Shown here: in pieces, positions 25,863-32,000 of the stretch
Numbering within the stretch: the first letter of the stretch is position 1
Layout: each line of letters starts with the position of its first letter
Assembly: GCF_001443605.1 (NCBI RefSeq)
Contig: NZ_CP013118.1
Coordinates: 3,657,659-3,689,658, forward strand
Length of the DNA stretch: 32,000 bases
Direction of reading: 5' to 3'
Origin: Salinivirga cyanobacteriivorans
Lineage (GTDB): Bacteria; Bacteroidota; Bacteroidia; Bacteroidales; Salinivirgaceae
Notes under the pieces: generated by a model
Database searches by the model: none
What the model saw: the letters and a program-made list of their open reading frames with translations, nothing else
Told to the model about the DNA's origin: nothing
Made by a program: the position numbers and the translations under genes

Positions 25863-26936
25863 ATGAATCATTTCTGGCGCAACCTGGCATCATTTACAAA
25901 AAGGGAGCGAAGAGGAGCATTTATTTTTACAACACTACTTATAGTGATTCTTATTGCCGGTAAATTTGTTCCTGGGTTTATCGAGCAAAGACCGTGGTAC
26001 GTTATTGAAGATTCTGCAAAAGTAAAATCCTGGATTGATAACCTTAAGCAACAACAAAAGTTGAACTTAAGTAAGTTTAATCCGAATAAAGTAGCAATTG
26101 AGGATCTTTATAATATGGGTATTCCATCCTCCGTCGCGTCAGGGTGGATTAAATATCTTGATGCGGGGGGCCGCTTTTACAACAAAAGCGACTTAAGAAA
26201 ATTATATGGTATGCCCGATACATTGTATGCTAAATTAGAACCATGGTTGCGTATTCCCCAAAAAAAAGCCAGATATTACAATTATCAGGAAGCACAATCA
26301 GGTTTGGAGGAGAAAACAAAACCCCTTAAAAACTTTAATCCAAACACCTATTCTGAAGACATGCTTATTGATGCCGGAGTTAAAGACGGCATAGCAAAAA
26401 ATATTATTAGCTACAGAAATGCAGGCGGCAATTTTTATGTAAAAACGGATTTAATGAAACTCTATGCTGTGGATGATGCTTATTTCAACCAGATTAAACC
26501 ATACATTAATATAGATGCTGAGGCTTCGCAGATCATTAAAGTAGACAGTGTGGAACTAAATTCAACAACTATTGATGAGTTACTACAACTCAATATTAAA
26601 AAGAATGAAGCCCACCGAATTATAAATTATCGTGAGCTACTTGGTGGTTTTTACAGTCACAAGCAGTTGGATGAAGTATACCATATCGACCCATACACTA
26701 TAACTAAACTAAATGAATCCAGCTGGATCGATACTTTATTGATAAAAACTATTGATATTAATAAGGTTGATGAATATAATCTGGCCCAACACCCGTATAT
26801 AACCAGGAAAGTAGCAGAGCAAATAAGGAAATACCGCGACTTTGCTTCAGAAATAGAATCGCTGGATGAGTTATTTAATTTAGGCATAATGGAGCCCCAA
26901 TCCAGAGAAAAGCTTAAGTATTATCTGCTGTTTTAG
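25863..26936 (+). CDS. Membrane-anchored protein with four ComEA-like helix-hairpin-helix repeats
   Basis: N-terminal TM GAFIFTTLLIVILIAG. Four roughly 60-70-aa repeats: FNPNKVAIEDLYNMGIPSSVASGWIKYLDAGGRFYNKSDLRKLYGM, FNPNTYSEDMLIDAGVKDGIAKNIISYRNAGGNFYVKTDLMKLYAV, ELNSTTIDELLQLNIKKNEAHRIINYRELLGGFYSHKQLDEVYHI and DINKVDEYNLAQHPYITRKVAEQIRKYRDFASEIESLDELFNLGIM. Confidence 0.7.
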   Translation: MNHFWRNLASFTKRERRGAFIFTTLLIVILIAGKFVPGFIEQRPWYVIEDSAKVKSWIDNLKQQQKLNLSKFNPNKVAIEDLYNMGIPSSVASGWIKYLDAGGRFYNKSDLRKLYGMPDTLYAKLEPWLRIPQKKARYYNYQEAQSGLEEKTKPLKNFNPNTYSEDMLIDAGVKDGIAKNIISYRNAGGNFYVKTDLMKLYAVDDAYFNQIKPYINIDAEASQIIKVDSVELNSTTIDELLQLNIKKNEAHRIINYRELLGGFYSHKQLDEVYHIDPYTITKLNESSWIDTLLIKTIDINKVDEYNLAQHPYITRKVAEQIRKYRDFASEIESLDELFNLGIMEPQSREKLKYYLLF

Positions 26937-27019
26937 CTAGTCTTCAAAACATTATATTTTAAAAACGGGTAACTCACTGAAAAAAAAGGAAAAAATTCTT
27001 TTTTTGAAAAAAATAATTA

Positions 27020-27027
27020 TACCTTTG
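27020..27027 (+). promoter_or_regulatory. Candidate -7 box TACCTTTG for the rpsL (str) operon
   Basis: Exact TAnnTTTG, 42 nt upstream of ATG 27069, preceded by long A/T tracts (26981-27019). Confidence 0.5.
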
Positions 27028-27068
27028 CAACCCAATTTATTAGGGTAAAATGTCTTAATTCTTAGAAT

Positions 27069-27446
27069 ATGCCTACAATACAGCAGTTAGTAAGAAAAGG
27101 AAGAACGAGAATCGAACAGAAGAGTAAAGCACCTGCACTTGGTGCTAGTCCTCAAAAGCGTGGTGTATGTACCAGGGTATATACCACAACGCCTAAAAAA
27201 CCAAACTCGGCTATGCGTAAGGTAGCCAGGGTACGTTTAACCAATGGGAAAGAAGTAAATGCTTATATCCCGGGAGAAGGCCATAATCTTCAGGAGCACT
27301 CAATTGTGCTGATTAGAGGAGGCCGTGTGAAAGACCTGCCAGGTGTTCGCTATCACATTGTAAGGGGAGCACTTGACACATCAGGAGTTGATGGAAGATT
27401 ACAGCGCCGTTCCAAGTACGGAACTAAGAAACCAAAGAAAAAATAA
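27069..27446 (+). CDS. rpsL: 30S ribosomal protein S12
   Basis: [12 protein letters not shown]...[19 protein letters not shown]...[10 protein letters not shown] is the canonical S12 sequence. Confidence 0.97.
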   Translation: MPTIQQLVRKGRTRIEQKSKAPALGASPQKRGVCTRVYTTTPKKPNSAMRKVARVRLTNGKEVNAYIPGEGHNLQEHSIVLIRGGRVKDLPGVRYHIVRGALDTSGVDGRLQRRSKYGTKKPKKK

Positions 27447-27453
27447 TTGATCG

Positions 27454-27930
27454 ATGAGAAAAAGTAAACCAAAAAAACGGATACTTACGCCCGATCCAAG
27501 ATTTAACGATAAGTTAGTTACGCGTTTCGTCAATGAATTAATGATGAACGGTAAAAAAAACTTGGCGTACAATATTTTTTATGATGCTTTGGAAATAATT
27601 GGAGCTAAAATGAAGGATAACGAAGAGTCTCCGTTAGAAATTTGGAAAAAAGCATTACAAAATGTAACACCTAAAGTTGAGGTACGTAGTCGTAGAGTTG
27701 GAGGAGCTACATTCCAAATCCCACAAGAAATAAGGGATAGCCGTAAGGTAGCTTTAAGCATGAAAGCTATGATTAAGTATACACGTGCTAGAAATGGTAA
27801 AACAATGGCCGATAAATTGGCGGCCGAAATCATGGCAGCATACAACGAAGAAGGTGGCGCATTTAAAAAGAAAGAAGATACACACAGAATGGCAGAGGCA
27901 AACAAAGCCTTTTCGCACTTCCGCTTCTAA
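27454..27930 (+). CDS. rpsG: 30S ribosomal protein S7
   Basis: [38 protein letters not shown], and its position after rpsL. Confidence 0.97.
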   Translation: MRKSKPKKRILTPDPRFNDKLVTRFVNELMMNGKKNLAYNIFYDALEIIGAKMKDNEESPLEIWKKALQNVTPKVEVRSRRVGGATFQIPQEIRDSRKVALSMKAMIKYTRARNGKTMADKLAAEIMAAYNEEGGAFKKKEDTHRMAEANKAFSHFRF

Positions 27931-27957
27931 ATCTTTTTAAAATCTCGATATATTACG

Positions 27958-30069
27958 ATGGCAAACAAACTAGAATTTAATCGCAATATCGGTATCATGG
28001 CACACATCGATGCCGGTAAAACTACTACTACAGAACGAATACTCTACTATACAGGTATCACACACCGTATCGGAGAGGTACACGATGGTGCTGCTACCAT
28101 GGACTGGATGGAGCAAGAGCAAGAGAGAGGTATTACAATTACTTCTGCGGCAACTACCTGCTTTTGGAAATACCAGGACCAGGAGCATAAAATTAACATC
28201 ATCGATACCCCCGGACACGTGGATTTTACCGTGGAAGTAGAACGTTCTCTTCGTGTGCTTGATGGTGCAATTGCAGTATATTGCGCTGTAGGTGGAGTTG
28301 AGCCGCAGTCTGAGACTGTATGGCGCCAGGCTGATAAATATGGTGTTCCACGTATTGCTTTTGTAAACAAAATGGATCGCACAGGCGCTGATTTTTTCGG
28401 TGTCGTGAATCAAATGAAAGATAAACTTAAAGCAAACGCAGTACCTATCGTATTGCCTATTGGTTCAGAAGAATCTTTCAAAGGAATTGTCGATCTAATC
28501 GAAAACAAAGCAATTGTATGGGTAGATGATGAGGAACTCGGAACAAACTATGAATACATTGATGTTCCAGAAGATATGGTTGATGAAGTGGATGAGTGGA
28601 GAACACATCTGATTGAAGCTATCGCCGAAACCGATGATTCTATTCTTGAACGCTATTTCGAAGACCCCGATTCACTTACAGACGAAGAACTTAAAGCTAC
28701 AATTCGTCAGGCCACAATTAACCGTGTCATTACACCGGTAATGTGTGGTTCTGCATTCAAAAATAAAGGTGTACAGCGTTTATTGGATGCTGTAGCAGCC
28801 TATCTGCCAAGCCCGCTTGATATTGGTTATGTAAGCGGAACTGACCCTGAAGATTCAGAGAAAATTATGGAACGGAAAGCAAACAATGAAGAGCCACTTT
28901 CAGCTCTTGCATTTAAAATTGCTACCGATCCTTATGTAGGACGACTTTGTTTTATGAGAATCTATTCAGGCGTGCTAAAAGCAGGTGACCAGGTGCTGAA
29001 TGTACGTACTGGTAAAAAAGAACGTATTTCACGTTTGTATCAGATGCATGCCAATAAGCAAAACCCAATTCAAGAGGTAGGTGCAGGAGAAATTGTAGCA
29101 GGTGTAGGTTTCAAAAATATCAGAACAGGAGATACCCTGAGTGCAACAAATCATCCGATTGCACTGGAACAAATGGAGTTCCCCGAACCAGTTATTTCAA
29201 TCGCAATTGAACCTAAAACACAAGCCGACATCGATAAACTCGATATGGCACTTGCTAAATTGGCTGAAGAGGACCCAACATTCCAGGTAAGAACTGATGA
29301 AGATTCAGGCCAAACCATTATTAGTGGTATGGGTGAATTGCATTTGGATATCATTATCGATCGACTAAGAAGAGAGTTTAAGGTTGATGCCAATAAAGGC
29401 GAACCACAAGTTAAATACAAAGAAGCTATTACACAATCTGTAGAGCATCACGAAATTTTCAAGAAACAAACCGGTGGTCGTGGTAAATTTGCCGAAATTC
29501 AGGTACGGATAGAACCAGGAGAAGAAGGAAAAGTAGGTCTTGAATTTATCGATCAAATTAAAGGAGGAGCAATTCCAAGAGAATACATCCCTTCAGTAGA
29601 AAAAGGTTTTACAGAGGCAATGCAAAACGGACCATTAGCAGGTTTCGGTATTGATAGCCTTAAAGTAACCCTTTACGATGGGTCATTCCATCCTGTTGAC
29701 TCCGATCAATTGTCATTTGAAGTAGCTGCAAAATCTGCTTTCAGAGCAGCAGCAGCAAAAGCAAAACCAAAATTGCTCGAGCCTGTTATGGCCGCCGAGG
29801 TAGTTACTCCTGAAGAGTATATGGGCGACATAATCAGTGATTTTAATAAGCGTCGTGGTAATGTTGAAGCCATGGAAGAAAAATCTGGTGCACGCATTGT
29901 AAAAGCTAAAGTACCTTTAGCTGAGAAATTTGGCTATGTAACAGTGTTACGTACAATTTCTTCAGGTCGTGCAACATCTTCAATGGAATTTTCACATTAC
30001 GAAGAAGTCCCGACAAATATTGCCACTGAAGTGCTCGACAAAGTAAAAGGAAGAACTGATCTATTATAA
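27958..30069 (+). CDS. fusA: Elongation factor G
   Basis: [32 protein letters not shown] and NKMDR GTPase motifs; 703 aa. Confidence 0.97.
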   Translation: MANKLEFNRNIGIMAHIDAGKTTTTERILYYTGITHRIGEVHDGAATMDWMEQEQERGITITSAATTCFWKYQDQEHKINIIDTPGHVDFTVEVERSLRVLDGAIAVYCAVGGVEPQSETVWRQADKYGVPRIAFVNKMDRTGADFFGVVNQMKDKLKANAVPIVLPIGSEESFKGIVDLIENKAIVWVDDEELGTNYEYIDVPEDMVDEVDEWRTHLIEAIAETDDSILERYFEDPDSLTDEELKATIRQATINRVITPVMCGSAFKNKGVQRLLDAVAAYLPSPLDIGYVSGTDPEDSEKIMERKANNEEPLSALAFKIATDPYVGRLCFMRIYSGVLKAGDQVLNVRTGKKERISRLYQMHANKQNPIQEVGAGEIVAGVGFKNIRTGDTLSATNHPIALEQMEFPEPVISIAIEPKTQADIDKLDMALAKLAEEDPTFQVRTDEDSGQTIISGMGELHLDIIIDRLRREFKVDANKGEPQVKYKEAITQSVEHHEIFKKQTGGRGKFAEIQVRIEPGEEGKVGLEFIDQIKGGAIPREYIPSVEKGFTEAMQNGPLAGFGIDSLKVTLYDGSFHPVDSDQLSFEVAAKSAFRAAAAKAKPKLLEPVMAAEVVTPEEYMGDIISDFNKRRGNVEAMEEKSGARIVKAKVPLAEKFGYVTVLRTISSGRATSSMEFSHYEEVPTNIATEVLDKVKGRTDLL

Positions 30070-30082
30070 ATAAAAGGAGAAT

Positions 30083-30388
30083 ATGAGCCAGAAAATTCGA
30101 ATCAAACTCAAGTCGTACGACCACAATTTGGTTGATAAATCGGCTGAGAAGATCGTGAAAACGGTAAAAACTACCGGTGCGGTGGTAAGTGGCCCTATTC
30201 CGCTTCCAACACGTAAGCGTATTTTTACCGTATTACGTTCAACATTTGTGAACAAAAAATCCCGCGAGCAATTTGAATTGTCTTCGTACAAGCGTTTGCT
30301 CGACATTTACAGTTCTACTGCCAAAACCATCGATGCACTCATGAAACTTGAGTTGCCAAGCGGTGTTGAGGTAGAGATTAAAGTATGA
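30083..30388 (+). CDS. rpsJ: 30S ribosomal protein S10
   Basis: [18 protein letters not shown]...GPIPLPT...[15 protein letters not shown]; 101 aa. Confidence 0.97.
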   Translation: MSQKIRIKLKSYDHNLVDKSAEKIVKTVKTTGAVVSGPIPLPTRKRIFTVLRSTFVNKKSREQFELSSYKRLLDIYSSTAKTIDALMKLELPSGVEVEIKV

Positions 30389-30403
30389 TAATTAAAACAG
30401 ATT

Positions 30404-31021
30404 ATGGCTGGATTAATTGGAAAAAAAATCGGAATGACATCGGTTTTCAGTGCCGAGGGAAAAAATATTCCATGCACTGTGATCGAGGCTGGACCCTGTG
30501 TTGTCACACAGGTGAAAACCGTCGATAACGACGGTTATGAAGCACTACAACTCGGGTTTGAAAGCAAGAAAGAGAAAAATGCTAACAAACCGGAGCTTGG
30601 ACACTTTAAAAAAGCTAACACCACACCTAAACGCAAAATTGTTGAGTTTACAAAATTTGGCGATGAGCATAAATTAGGCGATGTGGTTAATGTTGAGCTT
30701 TTCAAAGATGATACCTGGGTTGATGTAACCGGAATATCGAAAGGAAAAGGATTTCAGGGCGTGGTGAAACGTCATGGATTTAGCGGTGTGAATGACGCTA
30801 CCCACGGTCAGCACGATCGTAACAGAGCGCCGGGATCAATCGGAGCATCATCTGACCCTTCCAGAGTATTTAAAGGTATGAGGATGGCAGGACGTACCGG
30901 TGGTCAAAAAGTTAAGGTTTTGAGCCTAAGAGTGATAAAAATTATTCCTGAGAGCAACCTGCTTATTGTGAAAGGTTCAGTACCAGGATCCAAAGGATCA
31001 TACTTAATAATTGAGAACTAA
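30404..31021 (+). CDS. rplC: 50S ribosomal protein L3
   Basis: [15 protein letters not shown]...[13 protein letters not shown]; 205 aa. Confidence 0.97.
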   Translation: MAGLIGKKIGMTSVFSAEGKNIPCTVIEAGPCVVTQVKTVDNDGYEALQLGFESKKEKNANKPELGHFKKANTTPKRKIVEFTKFGDEHKLGDVVNVELFKDDTWVDVTGISKGKGFQGVVKRHGFSGVNDATHGQHDRNRAPGSIGASSDPSRVFKGMRMAGRTGGQKVKVLSLRVIKIIPESNLLIVKGSVPGSKGSYLIIEN

Positions 31022-31650
31022 TGGAAGTAGTTGTAAAAAATATTGCAGGAGAAGACACTGGTCGTAAAATAGAATTGAACGATTCTATCTTTGGTATCGA
31101 ACCAAACGATCATGCCATCTACCTAGACGTGAAAGGGCATTTAGCCAATAAGCGTCAAGGTACGCACAAATCCAAAGAAAGAGCCGATATCGTTGGAAGT
31201 ACTAAAAAACTTAAGCGACAAAAAGGTACAGGTACAGCACGTGCCGGTAGTATCAAATCGCCGATCTTCCGCGGTGGTGGTAGAGTATTTGGACCAAGAC
31301 CTAAGAGTTACAATGAAAAGGTCAATAAGAAAGTAAAAGCATTAGCACGAAAATCTGCACTAAGCTATAAAGCAAAAGACGGTCAGGTTATTGTAATTGA
31401 GAACTTTAGTATGGAGCAACCCAAAACTAAAGAATTCACTAATATTCTCAATAATCTGAAAATTAATGACAAAAAGTCCCTTTTTGTTTTAGCAGATACA
31501 AATAAAAACATATATTTGTCGGCGCGAAATTTGCCCCATGCACAAGTTGTTGCAGAAAATGGGCTAATGACTTACAATATTCTCAATAACAACACAATAG
31601 TGTTGACCGAGGATGTTGTAAAACGTTTAGAAAAAGTTTTTGAAAAATAG
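31021..31650 (+). CDS. rplD: 50S ribosomal protein L4
   Basis: [30 protein letters not shown]. The start overlaps the rplC stop (TAATG at 31019-31023). Confidence 0.96.
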   Translation: MEVVVKNIAGEDTGRKIELNDSIFGIEPNDHAIYLDVKGHLANKRQGTHKSKERADIVGSTKKLKRQKGTGTARAGSIKSPIFRGGGRVFGPRPKSYNEKVNKKVKALARKSALSYKAKDGQVIVIENFSMEQPKTKEFTNILNNLKINDKKSLFVLADTNKNIYLSARNLPHAQVVAENGLMTYNILNNNTIVLTEDVVKRLEKVFEK

Positions 31651-31658
31651 TTGTAGCA

Positions 31659-31949
31659 ATGGAAATTCTGAAGAAGCCTATCATTACAGAGAAGATGACT
31701 GCCAAGTCGGAAGACTTGAACCAATATGGTTTTATTGTAGATAAAGAAGCTACAAAAGAGCAGATTAAGGATGCAGTTGAAGAATTATACCAGGTAAAGG
31801 TCGACTCTGTAAACACAATGCGCTATGGAGGCAGACAGCAAATGAGATATACCAAAGCCGGTGTAGTTGCTGGTCGCAAACCTGCCTTCAAAAAGGCGAT
31901 CGTGACATTGCAAGATGGAGAAACAATCGATTTTTACAGCAATATCTAA
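31659..31949 (+). CDS. rplW: 50S ribosomal protein L23
   Basis: ILKKPIITEK...FIVDKEATKEQIKDAVEELY.VKV..VNT; 96 aa, in the conserved position. Confidence 0.95.
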   Translation: MEILKKPIITEKMTAKSEDLNQYGFIVDKEATKEQIKDAVEELYQVKVDSVNTMRYGGRQQMRYTKAGVVAGRKPAFKKAIVTLQDGETIDFYSNI

Positions 31950-31958
31950 ATTAGAGAG

Positions 31959-32000
31959 ATGGGAGTAAGAAAGCTTAAACCTGTTACACCAGGACAAAGA
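31959..32000 (+). CDS. rplB: 50S ribosomal protein L2, first 14 codons (truncated by the window end)
   Basis: ATG at 31959 gives MGVRKLKPVTPGQR, the canonical L2 N-terminus, in the expected position after rplW. Not in the ORF track because it has no stop in the window. Confidence 0.85.
   Translation, partial: MGVRKLKPVTPGQR

Noticed and set aside
26981-27019. An A/T-tract quasi-palindrome (GGAAAAAATTCTTTTTTTGAAAAAAA) upstream of rpsL as a regulatory hairpin or r-protein leader.
   Set aside because: It is a low-complexity homopolymer run upstream of the -7 box. It fits an UP-element-like AT tract better than a structured RNA, and it probably lies outside the transcript.
27970-28413. A 147-aa antisense ORF and other overlapping ORFs within fusA, rpsG, purL and other housekeeping genes.
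   Set aside because: They overlap highly conserved housekeeping genes on the opposite strand or in an alternative frame, and their sequences are low-complexity.
1-32000. Mobile elements, CRISPR arrays, tRNA/rRNA genes, and defence or toxin-antitoxin systems.
   Set aside because: I recognised no transposase, integrase or Cas-like ORFs, no short direct-repeat/spacer arrays, and no cloverleaf-like sequences in the intergenic gaps. All gaps are 349 bp or shorter. Outside the giant genes, gene content is typical core chromosome.

Overview
The window looks like chromosomal DNA from a Bacteroidota-type genome. Evidence: a T9SS type-A C-terminal sorting domain, TAnnTTTG -7 promoter boxes, almost no Shine-Dalgarno sequences, and fusA followed directly by rpsJ with no tuf. 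The left third (1-11779) holds two giant secreted repeat proteins transcribed divergently from a 349-bp AT-rich spacer. (a) A minus-strand ORF missing from the supplied track is open for all 1,813 codons from ATG 5439 to the window edge. It has a signal peptide, a roughly 500-aa non-repetitive head, one YxW/GC module and 14 PKD-like domains. (b) A 1,996-aa plus-strand protein has a signal peptide, three jelly-roll (MAM / choice-of-anchor-J-like) modules, CARDB-like domains, six tandem ~550-bp CARDB+YxW units and a T9SS CTD. The rest is housekeeping: a ydfG-like SDR, a polytopic membrane protein, short-type purL, ubiE/menG, a PorT/SprT-like beta-barrel, an FAD oxidoreductase, a GT-C-like membrane protein, a TrmH-family methyltransferase, an Omp85 (TamL/BamA-like) protein, an NSS transporter and a membrane-anchored 4xHhH ComEA-like protein. 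It ends with rpsL-rpsG-fusA-rpsJ-rplC-rplD-rplW and the first 14 codons of rplB. I found no tRNA/rRNA, CRISPR array, transposase, integrase, or recognisable defence or toxin genes. The most unusual content is the giant surface-protein pair and its repeat architecture. I cannot establish novelty without database searches, and I see no convincing multi-gene accessory system elsewhere in the window.
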